From Iphione sp. A-MEVVRFRX5 (taxonomy: Eukaryota): a DNA stretch of 64,000 nucleotides. The DNA lies in the NCBI GenBank assembly GCA_976226885.1, contig OZ320319.1:35836001-35900000 (forward strand), given 5' to 3'. Position 1 is the first letter of the stretch. Each line of letters begins with the position of its first letter. This document shows positions 12,970 through 25,481 of the stretch, piece after piece. Below the pieces are notes generated by a model that worked only from the letters and a program-made list of their open reading frames with translations, did not search any database and was not told the DNA's origin. The position numbers were made by a program, and so were the translations under genes.

Positions 12970-15900
12970 TAAGTGTTATCTGTAAGTGTTTTCAGTGGTT
13001 CTGCTTGACTGCCCAGGGTTGTGACGTAGCTCCGCGCTCTTCTATAGCAGCCGGCTGCGGCAGAAGCCGGCGCGTGAACATGTGTAGGCCAACCAGATAA
13101 TGTCATAATTCGCTCGGAACGCCATGCCCCACAGATGTCCGTTGGTAAATTATTCATGCGACACCGCGGCGGCGAAGTGAGCACTATTCGTAAGCTACCA
13201 GTGTTTGAGCGGCCGGTAGGTACAGTGGAGTGTAGGGTGGCGTAGAAGGTTGGGGACTGGAGTTGGTCGTGGTGGCAGAGAGGGAGGGAGGTACGGAGGG
13301 GAGGGTGGGGGGAGAGGAGGGCGGTGGTTGGACGTCAGAAGTGGACGCGGTCGGCGCATCGGACGCGCCGATCTCGCGTTACAATGTATCGGCGTTGGCA
13401 GCCGAAAGCGAACACCTCCGATCCAATCACAAGGAAATAGGCATGTCAGCCATGTCAGAAGCCGCGACAAATCCCGCCGACAGATAGGCAAACACTTGAT
13501 AGAGCCCATTGCCTCAGTGACGTCGCTGGTAGACGTGGCGTCCTCCGGTAACCTTAAGTGCGGGAGGGGGGGGGGGGGCTGTGTGTGTCGTGGATGGAAG
13601 AGGGGAAAGAGGAGTTTGGTAGGTCGTCTGTAGTTGCCTAAAAGCTGGATATCTGCCTGTTCTCTTGAAGTTTCATGACTGATAACCCCTCACTGGGTCC
13701 TTTCGGTTCCTTGCTAGTAGACCGGTCTGGTTTTCAATTGGCTGTAAATATTCATTGATGGTAAATATCTAGATAATAATTAAACTGTCTGTCGCCTTCC
13801 CTGTCGTCTGTCTTGCTTTCTCGTCTTTGTCTCTCCTTGTGTCTTTCTCTGTCTCTCCTTGCTGCGTCCCTCTCTCCCTCGCTTAAACCATGCATCTCCC
13901 AGCATTAGTCATTCTCATTTGTTTGTTCGATATCATCGGTTCTGTTCGGATTCAAATGTATCGCCTTAATTGAAGTGTCATTGGCTTTGACCTTTTATGG
14001 AAAGCTGACACCAGAGGCGCCGTCATCGGTGCTGCCATCAATACAGTCAGCTATGATTACCAGAAGTTGCCATCCCCACTCTTTGCGTGGTACAGGTGGT
14101 GTCGGAACAACGTACAACCGATAGCGTTCTACGTTTGTGTTTGTATCCAGAATAGGAAAGGAAGTATTTCTCCCAACATCCACATCTGCAAGTGTGTGAT
14201 GTTAGCGCAACTCCACCCCCCTCCCCAACCAGGTTGGATATTTTCTTACTTGAAAAAAGGGACCATAAATGAATGTCGTGGGCACAAATATGCCTATGTA
14301 ATGTTGGTGTACGCAGGCATGGGTTTGATACAAGGAAACGGGAAATTGCATGGCTGGTTTTTATTGCTTTTTAGCTATCATTTCCTTGGGCCTTAAAATG
14401 TTAAAGAAAAGTGGAAATGAGCGTCCTTTTATCGCGACCGTGCACGGTGCAGGGAAGGTAACGTAAAGGGAAAAAGGCACGATATTGCACGATGTATATA
14501 TAGGAAAGCAATCGCGATATCGTTTAAGGACTGAATTAATGACTTTCCATTGGACAAGCCACCCGTTTTTGTTTGGCGTGGTTTCATGGACTAAGAATAT
14601 CATGAATATGGTAGAAAAATTGGCAGTTCTGCCTAGGGATCGCACAGAAAATAAAAACAGAGTGAGAGGGAGCTGGTAAAAACGGTTCGTGAGCGGCCGT
14701 GTAATATAGGCGTGGGATTTGGGAGTAGCCTTGCACGGTTGTCCCATTGTGATAGCAGGCCGGTATAAATACATACCCTCAGCACCGCCCACCGTCCCGA
14801 GTGGTTCCAGAATCCACAGCCGACTGATGAGCACCGATGCCGGAAAAAAAAGATCTTAATGACAAATCTGCGTCATTAAAGAGATAGGAAGATGAGCCGG
14901 GCGGGTCGGCGCCGAAATGAGTTCATTATAATTCTGATCATACGGGCCCCAGAGAGTAGGTGACAACCATATTTCATTTTGCGCCGCTTCCAAGAGGTTA
15001 TCCGCCCGCGGCGAGACATGTCTTCGGCCTCGATTTCACCTGATATAGAAGCGCCCCCTGTCCGTAGGGACAGGCGAATTCCCTGATTATCATTCATAGT
15101 GCTTGAGGTGAGGGGATGCCAGCATCAAGAGAGGGACATCCCCCCCCTAGCTGAAGGGCGGGCGACGAGAGAGCGGACAGGAGAGACTGTAAATGCCTGG
15201 AGGACAGAGGAAACAAGCCATACGACAGATATATACATGTAAATATATAATATTCCAGTACACAGGTGCCCCCCCCCCCAAAGAACGAAGGTCAACCGTA
15301 AACAGAAAACTTTCAGTTCATACTTCTTGGATTGTGCTGTCACGTTCTACGACGTCGTCTGAGAATTGTCCTTGGATTGTTATGCGCAGCACAGTGCAGG
15401 TGAAAAATGGTAGACAAGCGTGAAGGACAGGTGGCAGTGGCGGTCGCGTCACATGACGTTTCCTCCCTCCCTCTCCCTACGTCATTCGCAGGCTGAACGT
15501 AACCACCTAGTTTCACACAGAGAATTCATCACAGTGACTTGCAGGAGCTCCATAAAAGGCTTTAATACGCTAACAGGTTTAAACCTCAAATACGAACAGA
15601 GCGTCTCACTATTAATTTATTAAGAAAGCCGGAAAACGACGGCTTAGAATTGAGATAAATCATTCCAATCCTGCAGGTCGTTGTTTTCAGCAGCTTGAGG
15701 ATGGATTAATTGGCAGGCTGGGGTTCATCTGCGGCGATTCCCACAATTGTGTAACTGTAACGAGTAGGCAATATAAGGAGCGATGGGTGTAAAGGCGGGG
15801 GTGGGGGGGGAGGGGGGCGTGCGGCTGCTTCCTCGGCGCCAAGAGCAAGGCAAGCAATGGCTGCTTGGCTCCGACGCTGACTGGAGGTGAGATATGGATC

Positions 15901-16061
15901 TATTGGCGGCCGCTCGGCCAGCGCGCTCACAGTCGGACAATCGCTGACTAGGTCACCCGCCGAGTGGGGGCGCTTCGATGAGCAGAGAAGGGGGGGAAGG
16001 GCACTCGGAAGGCTGCATCATGCAGCATGCCGTGTCCTGGGGGCAATTTCTGGGATGTCCT

Positions 16062-16076
16062 TGCCACCAGGTGGCA
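16062..16076. promoter_or_regulatory. Palindromic CTCF-like site
   Basis: TGCCACCAGGTGGCA, near-perfect CTCF core readable on both strands; contains CAGGTG and is followed by a second CAGGTG. Confidence 0.5.
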
Positions 16077-19000
16077 CAGGTGACTCATTCTTACGGCAAC
16101 AAGATGCATGAGTACAATAGGAGGCAAGTGTAATGGTGAGAGCGAGGTCTACCCGTCGGGGCAGCGGGGTCATCCTGATGAGGCTTACTCAATACTGTCG
16201 GATTAACCGGGTAGCATTATAATAATACTTCTCAACGAGGACTTAGCGCCGCTGCCTCCCTGCAATCTAATCGATACGAACTAGATGGGGCTTTGTTGTA
16301 AATTGGAGGATACTGAGGTGCTAGATTAAGGATGGTGCGGGGCGCTGCTCGTCCCTTGTCAGGTTGACCTGATGGATGATCCGCAGCAGGTTCATCTACC
16401 CACAGCATCACCCAGACACACGACTGTGTGATTCTCTCCGATGACGAGTGAGGTTGGTAAGATTGGGTAGGCGTGGGGGGTCGAGGACGGGGAGGGGTTT
16501 TTTTTCTGGGTGTGTGTGTGTGGGGGGGGGGGGGGTGGTCGTTACCTTGCCTGTTCTACCATTGGGTCTATTGCCTACCGCCCGGAGTAGCGCGGAGACG
16601 ACGTGCTGCCAGACTGGAGGTATTTAGCAGGCCGCTTGCGATCAGGCGTCATTATTCACCCGACCGCCGCCGCACCGCCACCGGCGCTGTGCACACGCGC
16701 CTCTCAGGGTGGCAGTTGGTGTGGCTCCCATAGAGTGGGCACGTCCCCGCACGTCCCACTCGTGCTGTACCATTGTCGGTGTGCTCATAGGGTACGGTTG
16801 CTTCCTGCGCCAGTGGCAAGGGCAACCCATGGAGATCGCCCATCACCTTCCCCCATTCCCCCAGCTAAACCACCCACTGCCCGGCCATCCCCCCCGAACC
16901 CCCACCACCACCACCAACTTCGTCTTTCCCAAGACCGCCGTCGCTTTCATTCTACGCCCCTCCTCAACTGTCCTCCTTTTTAAAGTAAATTGATGAAAGC
17001 GATCATAATGAAATAAGAATATTCCGGCCGGCGGAGAATCGATGGGCTTCTATAATGAAAGTCATGTCTATCGGGAGCTGTGCGGCCGACAAAAGAACAG
17101 CGGCGGCTCAGGGAGAATTATACCGCGCGCGATTACTGCCGCCCGCCGCCCGCCCGAAAAACCTGACTCTACTCGATGTTAAATCACGCGAGAAATACAG
17201 ATAAATCCAATCTGAATGTAATGAATGAAAACCTATCCCAGGTCTTGAAGAGATAAGAACTAATAGAAGCTGGCGCGTCAGGGATAGGTGGGAGCGGCGG
17301 CCAAACATGAAATATCAATAGTGCATTTATCATGACGGGGACGATGTACTGGAGAGGTGGTGCTTGGTGTGTAGGTGCCACGGCGCCAGCCACTAGGCAC
17401 TCCTAGCAGCCACCAGTAGACATCAATAGCAGCCAGTATCGGGAATGCCGTGTGCCGTGCAGCAGATGCCAGGTACCACCAGCAACCAGTGGCCCGTCGC
17501 TGCCACAGAAATATAGCAGCAGCCACCGTGGAGAACAGACATACATCTCACTAACGCATTTATTACCACTTGGACATAAGCTACACCCTTTGAGGAATTA
17601 GACCGCACACTTATCTCTCATCCATATATACTTGTGATGCATTATCATATTAAAGTGGAAAACGTAGTCCGTTAACGAGGACGAGGTGACATTGCTTCTG
17701 GGAAGGACGAAAGATAACACGAGCTGATTTGTAATGCACATGATTCGTCCATTCTGACGACTGGAAGTATCTTAGAATATGCACATCGTCGATATTTCAT
17801 CTATACCAAGCAATCCTGCCCTTAGAATTCACGTCCTTTTCGTGTACCGGGTATTATTAGTACGACTTTCTTAATTTTACTCCGTATTGAGAATTGTAGG
17901 TTGAATCTTATTCTTACCTTTGAGAATATTAGTTAAGCGAATCACATTAATCATACAAAAACATGAATGGTCTTATTGCATTCCATCGAATTTTCATTCA
18001 ATTACATGTAGTATCTACAGGTTAGCTTCTCACACACTGTCGTCTTCCGAACTGCTCTGGTATTCCGAGCAGTTCTTGAAATTTACCTGAGGCTTAACGC
18101 GTGTAGTTCTCCGCGTTTTGGTCTTCATTTTCAGGCGCCATTTTGGCTCCACTCAAATACACTTCATTCTGGCTTTGTTCATGGCGGGTTGTTTCAAAGC
18201 CTGCCAGGCGTCTGTCTGCTTCACGTGACGCGTATGAAGATAATGGATGGCGATTAGTTTCCTCTTCAGGACATCCATTACCTATAAAAGATTCGCCATG
18301 TTCTGCCCCTAGGACTAATTCCTCCGAATCTGTGGGTCTACCCGCCGCACCCCGGCCGCCAGAGGTAGTTCGTGATGGGGGCGGGTGTCGGGCAGCGCGT
18401 TATGCTTTTGATATTGTCCATCAGGCGGTAAGCGACAGGCATTAGCGGTCGTTCAATCGTTTTGTGAGGATTATCGTTTATCTTAATCCGGCAAGATGAG
18501 CTCGACAGACGACCGCAAGTTGTCCGCGGGAAGTCTTGGCGCAAGAGGCTGATTGCTTCTCGCACTCCCGCTTTTTTTAATGGTTCGCTGAGAGTGCGAG
18601 GAGATTTTGCCTCAACGCACGGTGCAAAGCTGGCCTGTTGAACCAGCACAAGAGTGCATGATTCTTTCCAGCGACGCCACCGTTTTTTACGCGTTCTTGT
18701 CATACTACGGTAACGCATATGGATCACCCGACCAGCCTGAAGCACTCCACTGTTTTCGGAGCATAAATCTTCAGCCAAATGGCCATTCAGCGTATGGGGT
18801 AATTAGTTCAGATGCCCTAACTAATTGTTGTACTTGGACGCCAGGCGTTGCTGAAATGGCCGCAGCTTGGTTTGATCCCCACGTCCTCATGTTTGTACAT
18901 GTCCTTTATGTGATGTGATCCATTTGTGTTGGCGCCAGGGTAGAAGCAGACGCACGGCTTGTGTCGTGGGGAGGACGTTAGCGTGCACCAGTGAAGCTGA

Positions 19001-19824
19001 CACCTTTCAGGCGTGTAAGACGTAGGGGACGTTGGGGCAGGAACGAGAAGTCGCCATAAAAGCAGCCTGGCACTTATGAATTATCGCAATGACCCTTTTT
19101 GAGGTGACTGCGGGAAGAAGTGGGGTGCAGCCACACGGGGCCTTGAAGCAGGGTCTTCTCCCACAGGCGTCGTCTATGGCGCCATTGCAGGAGAAGCATC
19201 AAGCATTAAGGTGAGCTATCGTTTGTTCACTGATGACTGCCCCGATACCTGACGGCCAGGCTACTTTAGCACGCATGAAACACCCGAATCGTTTTGTCTG
19301 CGAGTCGTGTACCTTCGTGATAGCTGAAGAGTTAATACATGGACTTCTTTTTGAATGTCCTCCCTGGCTTGTCCAGCAGGCGTGGACGTACATGGCGCCT
19401 CGGACTGCTCTCACTGCTCCATTATCGCGATCATCATGCAGCCACCGGCTCGTATTTTGTTCCAGGTCCGATTTACGCCGTGGGAGATGGCGGGTAATGG
19501 GGACGTAGGGGCGGCCCAGGTGGAGTCGGCGCGCGCCAGTGATCAGCGCGTGGCCTCGTCACCAGGAGGCGCCCACGACCCACGACGCCCTCCCTTATTA
19601 TTCACACGGGTCCCTTCTCGGGGTCAGCGACCTGCTCAAAGGTGCTCCACTAGACGCTCGCCCACAGCTGTGGCCGTTCTCTCACCGCGCTTGATTGCCG
19701 AGCGAGGAGGGAAAAAAGAAAACTTAACTGCCTACTGCCTCTCTTACCGTTCAAACCGTCCAAGCTATATGACTCCGCCTCTGTCTGTATTATGTATAGC
19801 TGTCCGTTCGTCTTTCTTTATTTC

Positions 19825-19958
19825 NNNNNNNNNNNNNNNNNNNNNNNNNNNNNNNNNNNNNNNNNNNNNNNNNNNNNNNNNNNNNNNNNNNNNNNNNNNN
19901 NNNNNNNNNNNNNNNNNNNNNNNNNNNNNNNNNNNNNNNNNNNNNNNNNNNNNNNNNN
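19825..19958. other. Assembly gap
   Basis: Run of N. Confidence 0.95.
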
Positions 19959-22330
19959 CTCTGATCATGCTGCCACCCATCCTCCCACGTTGATCTCTGA
20001 TCACTGCCGCGCTCCCGCGCGTCGTCTCACCGCCGTGCCCTATAAACGACCCTAATGGTCAGCCGCGCTTACGATGACGTCACCGATCATTTGTCCATAG
20101 TAATCGCTATTGGACCGGTCACGCGTTCCAGAGGACCACGTGGCCGCCCAGCTAACGCCTTAAAAGCGCGCATGGATTCCGTCATGACCCCCAAATGACG
20201 CCATCAAAAGAGCACCCCATGCCACGACTGTGTGTGGTCCCCACGAAGAGATGGATTGTCGGCTGCTGAGTGTTTGTGCGAGTTTGCTTTGAGTAGTGAG
20301 AATGGAGACAAAAGGACAGTGGGAGATCGGAGATGGAAAAGGGGGAGAAGATAGGGAATAGAGAGGGGGGCCACAATAGATAAACAAAAAGACAGACAAA
20401 CATGATAATTAAACAGAATTAGATACAAATACCTACATATATACGTATATACCTGTACACGGGTGAAGATGTGGATAAAAGGAAAGCAAGACTACATCTA
20501 CAGTGTACCTCAAATACATGGCTATGTGAAGCCATCAGTTTCTACTGCACCGAGAGGAAGATGGGGAAAAACTGGGGGGAAATAGACAGGCATGCATATG
20601 CAGGACATCGGGCTGTGTAGAGAAGGGGGCATTGCTACTGAGTTCAATACATAAGGCGAGTATAAAGTAACGTGGAGAAAGATCGGTTCATACACTGTGT
20701 GGTCCAGGTTCCCTCTCCACCAGCACACATTGCCTCCACGCACTAAACCCCACCCCCCATGCTTTCCTCCCTCCCTCCATCCCTCCCCCACCCACCTTGT
20801 GCCTCGCCGTCTCTATATGGACTCAATTCGTGTTGGCCGGACGCGAAGCACAGGTGGCCGATACTAACATGCCACCGCTTCCTACCTGGTCTGATGAAGA
20901 CGGAATACCTGTCGGCCGCCGCAGGACCGCCCCACGTGACCGGACATGGCACGGCGCAATGTCGGCGGGCCGCGCGCTATCTGCGCCTAATTGACGTCTG
21001 ACGACCTGATAGCGTGACACAGTCACCTGAACGTCGACGGGCTGCTTGTTGGCCTCCGCCGGCCGACTACGTCTCCCAGGGGCCACTCGTAGCGCCCGCT
21101 CCGGTCGTCAATTCGGCCCCGTGTCTACTCGTGGTCGGCCAGCACCTTTAACCACGCCGCGCCAAATGGCTCGCCTGTTCTTCAAGTTGACACCGCCCCG
21201 TTGCCTCTGACCTTGTGGTGGAGTGGAACCGTCTCCTTTCGGCAGTAGGGGCTGTAACCAGTCTTACTCCCCCCCCATGCCTGCAGTCTTTCAAGCAGGG
21301 CCGAACGTTGGCTTGTCAGTGTTTGCAGGAAGATTCGGAGGGACCGTAAGTCGTACATTTGATATAGGTACATGTACGAGGTAAATGGGACGACGATCTT
21401 CCTATCAGTGACAGCCAGCGACCGCTGTGCCTACCGACTGTTTCATAAAAAAAAGTCAGATAAGCAAATCGGTAGCCTTGAGTCTAGGTTATAGGTTTAT
21501 TCATGCACAAGCGCATTTTATATGTTTGTGTATGTATTTATACATGCATGTGTATATATACAGATGTGTGTACCTAAATTTTTTTAAGAGCGCTGGTATG
21601 CGAATTCCCGGATTCGAAGCCTATTCTCACATGATCAGATCTCAGCAAATTTCATTGAAGCCAAGGTTGAGTGTGGTCTACAGATTTGTTTATGTATCAG
21701 GCTATATCAGCCAGGTCCAAAAGAGAAAAATCCATTTATAGGCAGAGTAGGGTGCCGTTGTGGGTATCGTGGCCACCCATCCTCAACAAAGACCACCCGG
21801 AAGATCAACGACACGGACCCGTGATATGAGAGCCGTGAATATGAAGCTGACACCTACACATATGATGACCAAACACAATCGTGTGCACTCTCCATGCATG
21901 AAATGGATATAAATGAGTGTATTATGTATTGTAGTAATACAACATACTATATAGGGAAAAAATGAATAAATTTCCCTCTCTAAGCACCTTCACAAAATAC
22001 ATACATGCGCAGAATCAATGTTTTTTTCTTAAAAACATAAGCTCGGACGATATCCTCCCACGCCGACTGACTGAGAGAAGATGGAACACCCTCTGACATG
22101 TCTGACAACTCTTGGGAAGGGTCAGAGTGAGGGATTGTTTAGTAAAACGAGCAACGTCTAGATAGAAAGGCAGATGAAAAAACACATAGGGTTACAGTGT
22201 GGATGTTGCTCACTTTCCCTGAGTTACTGCTATAGTATTTATATGTCATTGAAGTCAATTCTCCATCAGATGTTTTGTATTCAGGATTGTATTTCAAGCT
22301 GTTTTATATGTACTGATTTCCGTAGTCTAA

Positions 22331-22653
22331 GGCAGTATTCGCATGTACTCGAATGAAAAATATGTCTACATCTCTGGAAGTGTAGGTCCCCCCTTCAGTG
22401 TCCATATTTTAATTGCTTCTATATATGTTAACCATTTTCCTTCCACTATAGAAGTATATGGAATATATGTCCATAACTACTGAAAACCCATACTATACGG
22501 GTTTGTAAAATATGGCTATAGGTCTCGAGACATAGAAAATATGGCTACGGCTACATGTGAAAGGTGTACGTGATTATCATGGAACAGATATTAAAGAAAC
22601 TTTGGTAACGGAGACATAGACGTCGAAAAATATGGATACATGTAAACACCACC
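22331..22653. mobile_element. Degenerate MITE copy related to the 25190 element
   Basis: Right end reverse-complements to GGTGGTGTTTACATGTATCCATATTTTT, followed by TTA on plus, and matches the TIR of the 25190 element. Left end (TAA-GGCAGTATTCGCATGTA) is only weakly similar. Confidence 0.4.
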
Positions 22654-25189
22654 TTAGCATTTACGCCCACTTACCATGTACATGGACATGTACATAATAT
22701 ACTATTATATTTTATCTTCCTAAAATGTCCATTTTTTCAACCGGTACTTTCTCCAGAACATATCACTTTTTATTAAATGGATGATATCTTTTACATTATG
22801 TAACTTTGTTTTCACTTATTAGCACTAATTATACTGGAGGTTTTAAACACAAGAGAGAATTTCACACTGTAACTAAGACTAGCGTGTAATGGGAGTGAGT
22901 ACTAGATTTAGTGCACTGCGCAAGTCACATAGAAAAGTGCCTGTGATAATCAAACAGGTTGTTACGATTTTATTGAATTGGTTCCCCTGAAATAGCTCAA
23001 GCCTAAATGATACTGTCTCTAGATACATGAACTAGAACAAACGATAATCAGAAAAATTAGATGCTCCATATTCATGTATATATTCGCTCACCATATGTAA
23101 TCTTATATTAGATGCTGTGACCTCTCACCTTTATGGTTTCCCTCCAGGGATGTCGGTGTACCTGGAGGAGAAAATCTATATATCATACCTGGCATCGCTC
23201 CAGGTGAGATCAGCTTCCCCTGACCCTCCCACCCCTTGCAGGACCCCCTACACTCCTGTCAGCCACCCACCCACGCCACCAGGTGCGCCTGATCTTATTC
23301 GCTCGTTGTTTTCATTACATCTGTGAGGGCAGTAGGAAAGGACATGTTCCTGCTTCAGCCTGGACGACAGGGGCAAAAAACACCGAAGTGGTCTTTAGGG
23401 GTGCACACTGTTTGTAAGTGACACTTGGGTTTTGTCGGCTGAAGTATTTCCATCTTTTTGACGAGAATACATAGAATGAGTGTCTGGTGCGAGTCGAAGA
23501 TCTCCCGACAGATGGGGATGTGGGAGGTATGGGAGGTGGTTGGGGAGGGGTGGAGCCAGTGTTACCTGGGTCCCTGTCCAGGTGAGTGAGTTGTGTGTTT
23601 ATCAGCACTGCCACATGGAAGGTTTCAAACAGACAACCTGATCAGAGTACAGGCGCCCCCAAGTGTACCACTTGAATGCCACGTCCGACCCAAGCTCAGT
23701 ATCTCGGAGACTTGTCATAATTTCACCATCGTCTGGGCTTGATATTCTGTAGAGCATACGTTTCACCCATTAAACGTTAACAAAGTGAAGGATTTTAAGA
23801 AACCTACTACTGAAGTTAGCGTACCCATATATACACATACGTGTATAACATGCAAGTTACCTGTACTGGTTTACGTTGTTTTTTTCCCACACTTGTTTTA
23901 TGGTTAAGCTTCAGTTTGAACTAACCCGAAATACAGTTGCGTCAGAGTGATGGGCTGGGCTAATATGGGTGCACAGAGCAGGTCAGAGTAACCGACCTTG
24001 GCAGTGATGAGGTACTTGCAGGTTAAATATAACGGCAACGTGGCCCCACCCCCCTACCATCCCACCCCCCTGCTGGAGGTAGGTGTGCAAGGAGCCAACA
24101 TAAAGAAAGACCATTCGCACCTTCCCACAATCACACCTCCGTGTTCCCGCTGATAAAACCGGTAAATGTACCCGATAACCCCACAACGTCCTCATTTCCG
24201 ACAGCATAAACGATAAATATCTACACTTCTGTTACATATTCATACACAGGAGGACAATTGTAAGTTGGCTGTGTCATTGACAAGAGGTCCTGCGGAGTAA
24301 TCATTTGTAGTCTTTGGCTCATAAGCTTGTGTGAATGTCAGCGGAGACGTGATGTCTGGCAGGCGAAGAGCCGGTAATATAGGGCTAAAAGTGTCAACGA
24401 ATATATGCTACATTACCTTGCACACCTGTCAGTTTTTTTTTCCACCCATTAACTCATCCGTTTGGCGGAGGTTAAAAACTGGGGCAACATGCGAAGCGAA
24501 TTAAGTGAGTCCGACGACCAGGAACATGGACTAGACTAACTTAGCTCGACCCCTCCCCTCGTGTTATTTCCCGTTTATCGATTGGGGAACAATGTGAGGA
24601 TTTCGTTGTTTTATTGACTTTTGCCCCAGTAGATTTCCGGGTAGGACGGATAACTTTTCCTCCAGTTTTCATAATGATAGAGGGAGGAGGTAATTATTCT
24701 TCTTGCCTGCAGTCCACTTGACTTAGTCACCTCCAGGGTGTGCCTGGAATGCCCCCACCTGTCATCAGCTTACCTCAGCTCGGATGACAGGGGTGGAGGC
24801 CGGTACTCACCTGTACAGGTATTTCCACTCACTGTTATCGTCTGGAGAACGTTTAGGGCTGAGCTTATCTTCAGCCGTTACGAAAGAGACAGATCATTTT
24901 AACGCGAGGCCGTCTCAAGTGGTTCTGTTGGTAATAGGTCAAGAACATGCATACTAAGCTTGTTTTGCTTCTCAATTAACTTTCTGTATACATGTATATG
25001 TGTTCACTCCTTTTAGCACGATATATTGTATCTAGACAGTTCTCAATGCTCAGAATTAGAACAATTAAGTAAACATGTGCTAACAATTATTCATCTCTTT
25101 TCATATACGTGAACCTTCACATGTAGTTTGAAAGAGCCATTAATGTTTGTATGAACTAATAGGAAAAAAATCCCAATCAGCTCTCTTTA

Positions 25190-25481
25190 GGGGGTGTTCA
25201 CATGTATCCATATTTTCCTATGGTTACGGGCCCATAGACATGGAAAAATATCCACCCTGTGGTTAATCAAGTGAATTCTTCACATGTAGCCATTTCCGGG
25301 GTAGGTGAGGAAACCATCTCGGATGGAATTTCCACAGCTATGGATCCATTTTTCATAAAAAGCAATGGTGAAAAGACATCTGGTATTGCAATAAAATAGA
25401 CACAGCAGGAGGTATTCCACGTCTCCGGACCCATAGGTAGATTTTTCAGCTAGAAAAATATGGCTGCACGTGAACAGCCCC
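25190..25481. mobile_element. 292-bp MITE, PIF/Harbinger (Tourist)-like
   Basis: Left GGGGGTGTTCACATGTATCCATATTTTCCTA versus right reverse complement GGGGCTGTTCACGTGCAGCCATATTTTTCTA (5 mismatches). TTA on both flanks (25187-25189, 25482-25484). A 3-bp TWA TSD with GGG-starting TIRs is typical of PIF/Harbinger. Confidence 0.75.

Larger units (their letters stand above)
11175..13011. mobile_element. Inverted-repeat-bounded micro/minisatellite element (possible non-autonomous TE)
   Basis: 11175-11199 CACTCAGGCGGAACCACTGAAAACA versus reverse complement of 12987-13011 CAGTCAAGCAGAACCACTGAAAACA: 22/25 identity, 15 contiguous. No TSD seen. Confidence 0.4.

Noticed and set aside
18049-18075. 9-bp perfect hairpin GAACTGCTC...GAGCAGTTC
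   Set aside because: Too short for a miRNA precursor; expected by chance in 64 kb.
21595-21630. B-box-like TTCGAATCC on minus strand
   Set aside because: No T-stem, A-box or cloverleaf; not a tRNA or SINE head.
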